A stretch of DNA of 64,000 nt from an uncultured Trueperaceae bacterium (GTDB lineage Bacteria; Deinococcota; Deinococci; Deinococcales; Trueperaceae), in NCBI GenBank assembly GCA_963815215.1, contig CAWFFU010000011.1, positions 320,001-384,000 of the forward strand, written 5' to 3'. Positions 31,590 to 42,135 of the stretch are shown here, in pieces (position 1 is the stretch's first letter; each line of letters begins with the position of its first letter). Under the pieces are notes generated by a model. That model was given only the letters and a program-made list of their open reading frames with translations. It had not been told where the DNA came from and did no database searches. The translations under genes and the position numbers were made by a program.

Positions 31590-33101
31590 CTACCCCAACC
31601 GGTAGAGCGCTGCGTACTTGCGGCGCAGGTAGGCGAGGTAGGGGGCGGCGTCGAGATCCGATCCGGTGGCACGCTTCAGCAGATCGGCGGGCAGGTAACG
31701 CGCTCCGTGCCGATGGACGTTCTCCCGCAACCAGCCGAGCAGGGTGGCGAAGCGCCCGCCACGGATCTCGCTCGGCAGATCCGGATGGGCGGCGATCGCG
31801 GCCTCGAAGAGCTGCACGCTCATCAGGTTCCCGAGCGTGTAGGTCGGGAAGTAGCCGAACAGGCCGATCGACCAGTGCACGTCCTGCAGCACGCCGAGCG
31901 CATCGTTCGGCGGCGTGATGCCGAGGGCGTCGGTCATGAAGTCGTTCCAGGCGGCGGGCAGGTCGCGCACCGCCAGGTCGCCGCCGATGAGGCCCATCTC
32001 GAGCTCGAAGCGGAGCATCACGTGCAGGTTGTACGTGACCTCGTCGGCCTCGACCCGGATGAAGCTGGGCTCGACGCGGTTGATGGCGGCGTAGAAGTCG
32101 TCCAACGGCACGGCGCGGAGCTGGCCTGGGAAGGTGCGCTGAAGCCGCGGGAAGGCACCCTCCCAGAAGGCGCGGCTGCGGCCCACCAGGTTCTCCCACA
32201 GGCGCGACTGCGACTCGTGCACGCCGAGACCGACGGTGCCCTCCAAGGGCGTGCGGTAGTAGTCGCTCGAGATCCCCTGCTCGTACAGCGCATGGCCGGC
32301 CTCGTGCATGGTGCCGAACAGGGCGGCGTTGAGGTAGTGCCCCTGGTAGCGGGTGGTGATCCGGACGTCGTGCATGCCGAGCGCCATCGCGAACGGATGC
32401 AGAGTGCGGTCCAACCGGCCGTGCTCGAGGTCGTAACCGAAGGCGGTGACGGTGTCGAGCGCGAAGCGCTCCTGGTCCGCCTCGTCGTACGCCTGCCTGA
32501 GCACGCCGTCGTCGATGGCGTGCCCGGACTCGCTGATGGCGCGGACGAGCTCGACCGTCTCCCGGCGGAGCGGATCGAACACCGCACGCAGGCGCGCAGC
32601 CGTGGAACCCGGCTCGTGCAGGTCGTGCAGCGCGTCGTAGGGGTGGTCGTCGTAGCCCAGCGCCTCGGCCTCCTGGCGCTTGAGCTCCACCATGCGCTCG
32701 AGCTCCGGTGCGAAGGTGGCGAAGTCCTGCTCCTGTCGGGCACGCGCCCACACCGCCCTTGCGCGGGCCGCGTGCTTGCCTAGCGCTTCGACCAGCTCGA
32801 CCGGCAGCTTGGTCGCGCGGTCGACGTCACGACGCGCCTGCCGCACCGTGGCGGCCTCGACCGAGTCGTCCGGCAGCCCTGCGGCTTCCAGCGCCTCGAC
32901 GAGCTCACCCAGCGCGGGATCGGTCAGGCGTTCGTGCGCGAGGGCCTCGAGCGTCGCCATCTGCTGACCACGCGCCTCCGCGGCCCCCGGCGGCATGTAG
33001 GTGTTCTCGTCCCAGGAGAGCACGGCGTGGGCCTGGGACAGGTCGCTGATGACGGCTGTCCGGTCGAGCAGACCCCGGAGCAGCTGTTCGTTGTCGGTCA
33101 T
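31590..33101 (-). CDS. Carboxypeptidase Taq family (M32)
   Basis: HPF, DVRITTRY, HEAGHALYEQ (HEXXH), HESQSR, IRVEADE, LQDVHW, GYFPTY. Confidence 0.95.
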   Translation of the reverse strand: MTDNEQLLRGLLDRTAVISDLSQAHAVLSWDENTYMPPGAAEARGQQMATLEALAHERLTDPALGELVEALEAAGLPDDSVEAATVRQARRDVDRATKLPVELVEALGKHAARARAVWARARQEQDFATFAPELERMVELKRQEAEALGYDDHPYDALHDLHEPGSTAARLRAVFDPLRRETVELVRAISESGHAIDDGVLRQAYDEADQERFALDTVTAFGYDLEHGRLDRTLHPFAMALGMHDVRITTRYQGHYLNAALFGTMHEAGHALYEQGISSDYYRTPLEGTVGLGVHESQSRLWENLVGRSRAFWEGAFPRLQRTFPGQLRAVPLDDFYAAINRVEPSFIRVEADEVTYNLHVMLRFELEMGLIGGDLAVRDLPAAWNDFMTDALGITPPNDALGVLQDVHWSIGLFGYFPTYTLGNLMSVQLFEAAIAAHPDLPSEIRGGRFATLLGWLRENVHRHGARYLPADLLKRATGSDLDAAPYLAYLRRKYAALYRLG

Positions 33102-33243
33102 GCCATCTCCCTTCGCCGCGCCAGTCTACCTTCACGCATCGCCCGCGCCATGCCCGCGAACGCGCCGGCGGCGCACCACACGGCCGCCGCCGCGGGAGCG
33201 ACCGGCACCCGCCGCGCAGCCGGGCCCGTGCTATCGTGGAGGC

Positions 33244-34974
33244 ATGGATATCGCCGTCTCCGACGCCGCTCGTGACATCGTAGGCCGCGAGCGGACGTTG
33301 CTCGCCGACCTCCAGGCGTTGCTGGCTCGGCTCGAGGCGGAGAACGAGCATCTCGACGACCTGCGCAACGCCATGCGCGACCTCGACGGCATCTTCATGC
33401 TGGTGGTGTGCGGCGAGTTCAACGCCGGCAAGTCGTCACTGCTGAACGCGCTGGTCGGCGAGCGTGTCATGCCGGAAGGGGTCACCCCCACCACCGACCG
33501 GATCACCGTGGTGACCTACGCGGAGAGCCCGAGCGAGAGCGAGGAGGCGCCGGCGCTGGTGCGCCGGAGCTACCCCGCGCCGCTGCTGCGCGACCTGGCG
33601 CTGGTCGACACGCCGGGCACCAACGCGATCATCCAGCGGCACCAGGAGCTCACCGAGCGCTTCGTGCCGCGCGCCGACCTGGTGCTGTTCGTCACCAGCG
33701 CCGACCGGCCCTTCACCGAGAGCGAGCGCACCTTCCTCGAGCTGATCGCCTCCTGGGGCAAGAAGGTGCTGATGGTGGTGAACAAGCTCGACATTTTGGA
33801 CAGCGACGTCGAACGCGAGAAGGTGGTGGCCTACGTGCTCCACCACGCCAGCGAGACGTTGGGAACGACACCGGACGTGTTCGGAGTGTCGGCCAAGGCG
33901 GCGTTCAAGGCGCGCATGACCAACGATCTGGCGGGCGTGCAGGCGAGCGGACTGGGCGCGCTGGAACGGGCCATCTCCTCGCGCCTGGGCGAGGACCGGC
34001 TCAAGCTCAAACTGCTCTCGCCGCTGGGGGTGGCGCGGCGCACCGCCGAGCACTACCGCTCGGTGCTCGACAACCGGCTCGAGCTGCTGTCGACCGACCG
34101 CCGCACCTTGGAGGAGATCGAGCGCCAGCGCGACCAGTTCGAGCGGGACATGCGGCGCGAGTACGAAGGCTACCTGTCACGCATCGAGAACGTGCTGCTG
34201 GAGGTCGAGCGGCGCGGCAACGACTTCTTCGACGACACCGTGCAGCTACGCAAGGTGTTCATGCTCATGAACACGGATCGGGTGCGCGAGGCCTTCCAGC
34301 ACCGCGTGCTCAAGAACGTCGACAGCGACATCGATCGCGCCGTCGGCGACATGGTGGACTGGTTCATCCAGCGCAACCTGCAGCTGTGGGAGGACGTCAT
34401 GACCTTCGTCAACGAGCGCCGCGCCGCAGAGCGCGAGCGGGTCATCGGCGAGGTCGGAGGACGCTTCCAGTACGACCGGCAGGTGCTGGTCCGGTCCCTG
34501 CACGAGCGCTCCGAGACGGTGCTCGAGGGCTACGACCAGAAGGCCGAGGCGGCCCGCCTGGCGGACTCGCTGCAGAGCTCGGTGGTGCAGTCGGGCCTGC
34601 TCGAGGTGGGCGGCCTGGGGCTGGGGGCGGCCGTGCTCGCCATCCTGACGACCACCGCCATCGACGTCACCGGCATCGCGCTGGGGCTGGCGTTGATGGG
34701 TGTGGGCCTGCTGGTCATGCCGCGACAGCGGCGCAAGGCCAAGCGCGAGCTGGCCCGCAAGATGGAGGAGCTCCGCGCCGGCCTGCGCGAGAGCCTGGCC
34801 ACCCAGGTCGACACCGAGCTGGCGCGCTCACAGGAGAAGCTCTCGGGCGCCATCAACCCCTACACCCGCTTCGTTCGCGCCGAGCTCGACCGGCTGGGCG
34901 AGCTGCATGAGGAGCTCGACGGCTTCGACGCGCGCATGACGGAGGTCAAGCGCGAGGTCGAGGCGCTGGGGTAG
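33244..34974 (+). CDS. Bacterial dynamin-like GTPase
   Basis: G1 GEFNAGKS, G2 PTT, G3 DTPG, G4 NKLD; long helical stalk with a hydrophobic hairpin near the C-terminus. Confidence 0.88.
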   Translation: MDIAVSDAARDIVGRERTLLADLQALLARLEAENEHLDDLRNAMRDLDGIFMLVVCGEFNAGKSSLLNALVGERVMPEGVTPTTDRITVVTYAESPSESEEAPALVRRSYPAPLLRDLALVDTPGTNAIIQRHQELTERFVPRADLVLFVTSADRPFTESERTFLELIASWGKKVLMVVNKLDILDSDVEREKVVAYVLHHASETLGTTPDVFGVSAKAAFKARMTNDLAGVQASGLGALERAISSRLGEDRLKLKLLSPLGVARRTAEHYRSVLDNRLELLSTDRRTLEEIERQRDQFERDMRREYEGYLSRIENVLLEVERRGNDFFDDTVQLRKVFMLMNTDRVREAFQHRVLKNVDSDIDRAVGDMVDWFIQRNLQLWEDVMTFVNERRAAERERVIGEVGGRFQYDRQVLVRSLHERSETVLEGYDQKAEAARLADSLQSSVVQSGLLEVGGLGLGAAVLAILTTTAIDVTGIALGLALMGVGLLVMPRQRRKAKRELARKMEELRAGLRESLATQVDTELARSQEKLSGAINPYTRFVRAELDRLGELHEELDGFDARMTEVKREVEALG

Positions 34975-35022
34975 CACGGCAGGCTTCCGTGGAGCCGGGC
35001 ACAGAGTGCTAGACTCTGCGCC

Positions 35023-35871
35023 ATGTCCGAGACCCGTCCTCCACGCATCGCCTATCAGGGTGTGGCCGGGGCGTTCAGCGAGGAGGCCGCCCTCGGGTTC
35101 GCGCCCGACGCACAGGCGGTGGGCTTCGCCACCTTCGAGGAAGCGTTCGCGGCCGCCGTCAGCGGCGATTGCCAGTTCGCCTGCCTGCCGGTCGAGAACA
35201 GCCTCGCCGGCTCTATCAACCAGACCTACGACCTCCTCACCGACTCCGTGCTGCACGTGGTAGGCGAGCAGATCGTGCGCGTGCACCACAACCTGATGGT
35301 GAAGCCCGGCGTGAAGCTCGAGGACGTCCAGCGCGTCTACAGCCACACGCAGGCGCTGCAGCAGTGCCAGGGCTTCATCCGCAAGCACGGCTTCGAGGCG
35401 GTCACCGACTTCGACACCGCCGGCGCCGCCAAGTTGCTGGCCGAGAACGGTGGTCACGGCAAGGCAGCCATCGCCAGCAAGCGCGCCGCCGAGGCCTACG
35501 GGCTCGAGGTGCTGGCCGAGGACATCGAGGACCTGGACTTCAACTTCACGCGCTTCTTCGTGCTCGGCACCGACGAGCGCCCGAAGGATAGCGATACGAG
35601 CAAGACCAGCCTGGTTCTGGCCACCCGCCACAAGCCGGGCTCGCTGGTCGACTGCCTGCAGGAGTTCCCCCGCAACGGCATCAACATGACCAAGCTCGAG
35701 TCGCGCCCGCGCCGCGACAAACCCTGGAGCTACCTGTTCTACGTCGACATCGAGGGGCACATCGAGGACGAGAACGTGGCCACCGCCATCACCGCGCTGA
35801 TGCGCAAGGCGGCGTTCGTGAAGTTCCTGGGGAGCTATCCGGCGGCGCCGAGCGTGGTGGAGATCGAGTAG
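35023..35871 (+). CDS. pheA: Prephenate dehydratase
   Basis: YQGVAGAFSE, PVENS, SHTQALQQC, NFTRF, ACT domain INMTKLESRP. Confidence 0.94.
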   Translation: MSETRPPRIAYQGVAGAFSEEAALGFAPDAQAVGFATFEEAFAAAVSGDCQFACLPVENSLAGSINQTYDLLTDSVLHVVGEQIVRVHHNLMVKPGVKLEDVQRVYSHTQALQQCQGFIRKHGFEAVTDFDTAGAAKLLAENGGHGKAAIASKRAAEAYGLEVLAEDIEDLDFNFTRFFVLGTDERPKDSDTSKTSLVLATRHKPGSLVDCLQEFPRNGINMTKLESRPRRDKPWSYLFYVDIEGHIEDENVATAITALMRKAAFVKFLGSYPAAPSVVEIE

Positions 35872-35953
35872 CTCCGGTGCGTCGGTCGCAGCCGTTGCTG
35901 ACGCGACATCTTCGACGAACGGACGACGTGACCGCGCGGTAGGATGGCGCCCG

Positions 35954-38940
35954 GTGAAGCGTTTCCTCTCCGTTGCGTAGCATTGCCCTTGCCCTCGTTG
36001 CCATGGCCGTGCTGGGCGTTCTGACGTTGGCGTCGGCTCAGACCTTGACCGTCGAGGCGCCGCCGGGGAGGCTGGCGCAACCGGGGGACTACGTGACGCT
36101 GGTGTTCCTGGTCCGGAGCGCGTCGGACATGACGGCTGGCCTGGACGCAAGGTCCTCGCACGGTTGGCAGCTCCTGGGACCGACCTCGACCGTGACGCTC
36201 TCCGCAGGCTCGACCCAACCTGTGGCCGTCACGGTCGGCCGTCCCTCCGACCGCCGTCGGCGGGCGACGCCCGACGAGGTGACGCTGACGGCGGTCGGCG
36301 GCGGCCAGCAGGCGTCGGCATCGTTCGGAGATCGAGGTCGCGCAACACCTGGATCTTCAGCTCCAAGCCCCCGCTCAGGTCGTCGTCGGAGGATCCCTGA
36401 ACGTCACGGTCACGAACGCCGGGAATGTGACGACGGGGGCGACCGTGAGCGCCAGCGTCGACGGCCAGCCGGTCGGCTCAAAGGACGTCACGGTGCAGCC
36501 CGGCAAGCAGGTGACGCTCAGCTTCCCCGTGAGCCAGGAGGGGCGGTATCAGGTCCGGCTGCTGCGCAACGACAAGGTCGTGGCCGTGCGGTTCGTCGAC
36601 ACCGTGGTGAACGGTCTTCCAAAGCCCGCCACGTTCACCCTCTCGGGGACCGCGTCCGCCAACCTCGACACCGACGGGATGTGGGGGGCCTCCGTCGACG
36701 TCAAGGGCGCGCTGTCCGACGAAGCGAGTCTCGACGCCAGCGTCCGAGCCGACGCCCCACTGCGGAGTTACGTCGCGCTCCAGTCCACGTCGGTCAGAGC
36801 ACGCCTCGGCGATATGGCGAACGATCCTCTCGGACTGCCGCCGTTGCAGGGCTTCGGCATGTCGGCGATGGTCGCGCCCGGTAGCTACGCTCTCGAGGGC
36901 AGCGCAGCCTGGCTGGAGGGACCTCGGTACGCGGGGCGGTTCGAGCTCGGCTACCGCCGCGCCGCGCAGGACCTCAGCCTCGTGGGCGGTCTGGGGATGA
37001 CGGCAGGCAAGGTCGCGGCTGCCGCCCGGATGAGCGGTACGTTCGATCACGGAAGTGCTGTCGTGCGCGGAAGCTACGACGGGCAGAGCGTCACCGCGAG
37101 CTACCAGATGCAGGCCAGGGACTCCACCGGCAACTATTCCGTCGGCGTGATCCTCAGCGACGCCCTCACCGACTACGGGCGGCTCGACCTCAGCGCGAAT
37201 TACGTCGCGGGCCACACGGCCGCCTTCGCTGTCGGCACCGTACCCCTCGGTGTACAGGCGGCGGGGATGGCACAGGTCGGTGGGGAGATGCGCCTCGCAT
37301 CGGTCGATTCCGGAAGCCTCAGCGCGGCAGCGGCCCTAGGCGACGTCGAGTCGTACGCCCGGGTCTCCTTCGACCCGAGCCCGCGACAGAGCGTTCGCCC
37401 TTCTGCTTCCGCCGGCGTCGTCTATCAACCCCAGGATCTCGGCTGGGGTGTCGCCTTCGACGCCCGCCTCGGGTTGGGAAGCACATCCGGCGCCCACGCC
37501 GGCTGGTCGTCGTCGGCCGAGCTTCGGGGACGCTACTTCCCCGGATCCGACGCCATCCGCGGACGGCTGAGCCTCCGCACCCTCGGGAACCTCGCCCCGG
37601 CGACCGTGTTCGGTTCTGCAGGGTGGGACCTCGGAACGGGGACCGTGAGCGTGGGCACCGGAACCATCTTGACTACCGGACCGTGGACCTTCCAACTGAA
37701 TGCCGGGGGACAGTATGCGCCTGCGTCCACGTATGCGTGGAGCGCTCAGCTCGGGCTCCACGCACGTTGGGCGTTCGACCTGCCCGTGCCCGAAGCGGTC
37801 GTCCAGGCGGCCGGGGGACGACGGCTCGGTACCGTGGTCGTCCAGGTGTCGGCCGATGGGGAGCCTGTGGCGGGAGTCCCCATCGCCGTCGGTCGCTACC
37901 GCATCCAGTCCGATGCAAGCGGTAGCGTCACGCTGCGTCTGCCGCCCGGGCGCCGGACCGTCTCGGTCGCCCTCCAAACGCTCGCCGCGAACATGCAGCT
38001 CGTAGGCCCGGGCTCGCGGACCGTGGAGATCCAGAACGGAACGACGATCCACGTCGAGTTCCGGCTTCGGCGAACGGCCGCGGTCGAGGGACGCGTGTTG
38101 AGCGACGCCAACGGTGACGGGGCCGCGGACACACCCGAGCGCGCCGTCGCCGCGACGATCCTCGTGCAGGACGCGGGTGGCCAGAGCCAGGTCGTCCACA
38201 CGCGCCCGGATGGCACGTTCGTGGTTCGCGGGCTTCCGAAGGGGCAGACACGCGTCGAGGTCGTCGAGACACCACCCGGTTCCGCAGTCGTGGGCAAGAC
38301 GGAACAACGACTGACACTCTCGGCAGGTGGCACGAGCACCGTCCAGTTCCTCGTGCAGCCGGCAGCGGCGAGAGCGACTACCTTCGGCGGCGGCGGCCTG
38401 ACCGTCCGCGACATCCGGCCGGAGGTCGATGCCGCCCCTCCCGGCAGCGCTCCGCTCGTCACCATCACCACGACGGGTCGACCGGACCGGGTCGATATCG
38501 ACGTCGGCGGCCACACCCTCGAGGCGCAACGCGGACCCGACGGAGCGTGGACCGCGCGCATCCAGGTGCCCCCTGGTGCCGCCGGCGTCGTCACGTTCCG
38601 CGTGCGCGCCGTGCGTGGTGGATCCACCGTGTCGCGCAGCAGCCAGCTCGTCGTGAGCGGCGATGTCCCCCTGGTTTCGATCGAGCCCATACCCCCCCTG
38701 AGGGCAGGCGCCACCGCGACGCTGACCGTTCACGTCCTCTTCGCCGCGACCTCCGTCACGTCCCGACTCGGCGGCGAAGCGACCGTGCCCATGACCGAGA
38801 CGTCGCCCGGACGGTGGACCGCCCAGATCAGGGCCCCGGAAACGAGCGATCAGGCCGAGGTACCGTTGCGCATCACGGCCCTCCGCGGTGGCGGCGAGAG
38901 CACCGTGCTATCGAAGACGCTGCGCGTGCTGCCGCGCTGA
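35954..38940 (+). CDS. Large exported usher-like protein (Ig-like domains, beta-barrel-like core, C-terminal Ig/SdrD-B-like domains); 5' part frameshifted
   Basis: Signal peptide and QPGDYVTLVF in one frame; after indels near 35965 and 36240-36330 the frame EIEVAQHLDLQLQAPAQVVVGGSLNVTVTNAGN joins the 837-aa ORF; amphipathic beta-strand region, then GRVLSDANGDG domain. Confidence 0.6.
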
Positions 38941-39091
38941 ACGAGCCCTCGGAGGCAGCTGGCGCCCAGGGTCCGACCCCATCGCGTGCGGACGCGCACG
39001 GATGCGGCGCACGCTGTTCCCGCATGTGCCGTTCCCGCCCCACCGCTACGTGGAAGCGGGCGTGCTGCGCCGGGGGATGCGCGCCGCGATC

Positions 39092-39968
39092 CTAGGGTGA
39101 CGTAACCGAGTAGGTGACGACAGCGTTGTAGCTCCCTGCCGTCTCGCCGCCGGTGATGCCGAGCGCGAAGTCGTCGGGGACGATGACGGTCGCGAAGCTG
39201 CCGCCCGTGCCGGGCCCCGTCGCAACGATGCTGGCACCGGCGCCGAGCGCAACGCCCCTCACGCGCACGGCTCCGGCCGTGCCTGCAGACCCGGACCCGC
39301 TCCAGGTCAGGGTTGCCGTCATCGTGTAGGGCGAGGCAGACAGGACATCGACCGACGTGAGCGTCGTGCCCTGGGCCGTCGGGGGCAGGGTGCCGCCGAT
39401 CGCGGAGTAGTACGCCAGCGGGGTCGTTGGCGTAGTCGAAGGCCACCGTGTCGCCGCCCGAGAGCGCGCGCCACGACGCGGCGGCATGATGACCCGGATC
39501 GTGTTGGTGACGGAGTTGGCGCCGATCAGCGTGTACGTCACGGTCACGGTGTAGGTACCCGGCGCCACGGCCACCGGTCAGGTGCAGCAAGTAGTGACAT
39601 CCACCCCGCCGTCCTGAAGCGCCAACCCCAGTTGGCGTCGAACACCGTCTGTTGCGAGGTTGAGAGCATGACCTCGGGGACCGCCCCGTGCGTCGTCGAC
39701 GCTGTAGTCGGCGATGAGCTCGAACGGCACCGGGATGTTGCTCGCCACCACGACGCGCACGTTCCCCCAGGCCTGGATGGTGAAGTTGATGGAATCCGAG
39801 CTCGGGTCCGGCGCGATCCGGCCCGGATCGTTGCCGGTCGACGCGCTCGTACACCTGCTGCGCCGTCGGGCTGGAAAATGACCGTGCCGATGTCTCTGCG
39901 CAAGCGTGAGGCCGGCGAGTGCCGAGCGGCCACAGTTCGCGAGTACGACCTCGGACCGACGTCAGCAC
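39092..39968 (-). CDS. Two-domain fimbrial/adhesin-like protein (frameshifted in this sequence)
   Basis: Two beta-rich domains each ending in a pilin-type strand: APGTYTVTVTYTL and AGSYNAVVTYSVTSP*; several indels in the 5' half. Confidence 0.55.
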
Positions 39969-39975
39969 CGATGCC

Positions 39976-40770
39976 TCAGTTCCTCAACTGGAAGGGAAGC
40001 TGCCCTGCGAGCGAGCCTCCTCGAGAGTCCTCGATCAGTGCGAGGGCAACGTAGTAGCCGGGGGCAAGATCCTTCGGCAAGGCCAGGTCGATCTCGCCTC
40101 GCTCTCTCGCATGACGGGCTTGTCCTGAACGGGGAGCGTCGCCACTGTCTTGCCCGTGGCGTCGCGGAACTCGACCTGGCCCGCTGGCGCGCATCAAGGT
40201 GTTGCCTTGGTTGTTAACGACCACCTTCAGAGTTTTCCCGTCGAGATACATGTCGCTCAGGGTCGACCCGGTGGTGGCCGTCCCCGCGATCGTCACGTAG
40301 ACGATCAGTCCGAGCCGCTGGCGCGTGACGAACTGCGCGCCCGGCCCGCTGCTCGCCTGGGCTCGGTCTGCGAAGAAAACCACGCTCTGGTAGGTGCCAG
40401 CCAGGCTGCGGTCGTTGGGCACGTGCGACGGTGATGCGGACCGTGGTCTGTGCTGCCGGGGGCAACGCAGACGTGCTCACGCTGGGCGTCGATCCAGCTC
40501 GTCGCGCTATGGGGCGCCGATCCCGCGGGCAGGAACCTCAGCTTCCCGTCGCTCGCCTGCACCCAGTCCCCGATGCTCACGGTCAGCGGGACGCTGGTTC
40601 GCGGAGGTGCTGAAGACCGTGACCTCGGCACTCGTCGTGCCGCCCGGAGGAACGGTGAGCGGAGATGCGTGCAGGGGACAGCCCGATGTCCGCCGCGAGT
40701 GCGGCGGACATCGTGGTCAGGAGGGCGAGGAGTGGGCGACGCTGGCGAGGAGAGCGCGGGACGTTCGCAT
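39976..40770 (-). CDS. Periplasmic pilus-assembly chaperone-like protein (frameshifted in this sequence)
   Basis: Reconstructed across frames: signal peptide, DIGLSPARI.LTVPPGG, VSIGDWVQ..GKLRFLPAGS...SATSWI, GTYQSVVFF, RLGLIVYV, VVNNQGNTLMR.SGQVEFRD, LAPGYYVALALI. Confidence 0.65.
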
Positions 40771-40774
40771 CGGT

Positions 40775-41325
40775 CTACTGCGCCGTCAGGGTGTAGATGA
40801 TGTCGTAGGTGTAGGTCGCCCGGCGCTGAGCGTGCCGTCGAGCGTCAGAGGTCAGTCACTGCTCGTGAAGACGAGCGCAGTCTTGCCCCGCGTCGACGTG
40901 CAGCGCGTAGTAGCCGTCGAAGGCGTCGCGCCACCGATCGAGATGGACGCGCTCAGGACGCTGGGATCGGAGCGCCGTCGTGGAGTTGCCGCTTTGCCGT
41001 CGCGCCACGGTGAAGTCGGCGCCGCCGGTCGTTGGTGAAGGCGCTGAACTCCTGGAAGCCATTCCCCAGCCGGACTGATCGTCGAGGGGCTCGCGCTGAC
41101 GGCGTTGTAGAGTCGGAGTCCGCCGGGCTCGAAGGTGAGTCGTCGTCGCCGCTCGTCGCCGATGATGTGCAGCGCAACGACGGTTGGCAGGGTGATGATC
41201 AGCTGGTGTTGCTGTCGGCTTGGGCCGTGCCGCCAGGCCGCCGTCGGACGTCTGCGCCGAAGGCTGCGCCGCCGAGGAGCGGCGGCGACGGTGAGGATGA
41301 GTCGGTGAAACAGTGCCTTTTTCAT
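40775..41325 (-). CDS. Major pilin-like secreted subunit (frameshifted in this sequence)
   Basis: GGAGGG RBS, MKKALF signal peptide, HQLIITLPTVVALHI, C-terminal LTLDGTLSAG(T)YTYDIIYTLTAQ* beta-zipper-like motif; about 170-180 aa when repaired. Confidence 0.6.
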
Positions 41326-41346
41326 GTCTTTCCCTCCGGAATGAAA

Positions 41347-41421
41347 CTTCGGCCGGTCGCGCTACTAGCTCCACCTGTCCCAAGCGCCCGAATACAGGAT
41401 CAGGTTTCATCGCTTCCGAAG
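41347..41421 (-). ncRNA. c-di-GMP-II (class II cyclic-di-GMP) riboswitch
   Basis: Minus strand CTTCGG-AAGCGATGAA-ACCTGATCC-TGTATTCGGGCGCTT-GGGACAGGT-GGAGCTAGTAGCGCGACCGG-CCGAAG: P1 CTTCGG/CCGAAG, kink-turn TGAA/GGA, loop GCGCT pairing with AGCGC (pseudoknot); matches the class II pattern GAAAC..UGAA...GGGCACUU...GGAGUUAGUAGUGCAACC. Confidence 0.85.
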
Positions 41422-41830
41422 GGATCCCCACCAGCTCGATTTGGTGGGGGGTTCGTAAGACTGACTGGAGCCTAGCCAGGGCGGACTTACAGAACTCTTA
41501 GTCGGAGCGCTGTTTGTGGAGTCTTTAACGCGTCCTGGACGGGTTTGTTGGAAATTCCACAGAATCCGGCTCGCCCCGGCCTCTTCGGATGAGCACCAGA
41601 GATGCTGTCCTGCACGAAGCTCCGCCTTCGTCGGCGCCACCGCGACGAGAACAGGTCGTCCGTCGGACGCGCCGGTCCCCGAAAGCGCGGCGCCGCACAG
41701 CCTAAGCACAACCCGAGCGCACCCCGGGCCTAGCGCCGGCATAGCGCCGCCGATCCCGCGCCCACCGTGCGCCCACCCCTTTGGCCACGCCTTCGCCACC
41801 CCTCCCCCACCCCGCGCCTACACTGAGAGC

Positions 41831-42135
41831 ATGGATGATGGGCCCGAAGCCACACCCCGCGGCGACACCCCGACGACCACCCCGACGACCGCCCCGCCAT
41901 CCGCCTGGACAACGTGCTCAAGCTCGCCGGCATCGCCGAGACCGGCGGTCAGGCGAAGCGCATGATCCAGGCCGGCGAGGTGCTGGTGAACGGCACCGTC
42001 GAGACGCGCCGCAAGCACATGCTGCACGAAGGGGACGAGGTCGGGGTCGGGGACGAGAGCTTCGTGGTCGAGCTGACAGACGAGGACGATCTCGCCGACG
42101 ATCTGGACGAAGAACCGGGCGAGCACCGGGCCTAG
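41831..42135 (+). CDS. S4-domain RNA-binding protein (YaaA/YbcJ-like); one apparent indel near the 5' end
   Basis: IRLDNVLKLAGIAETGGQAK.MIQAGEVLVNG.VETRRK; TACACT box 6 nt before the ATG at 41831, which is out of frame with the S4 domain. Confidence 0.85.

Noticed and set aside
39092..41325. Programmed frameshifting or phase variation as the cause of the broken frames
   Set aside because: Too many scattered indels per gene, with no dominant slippery site or long homopolymer tract
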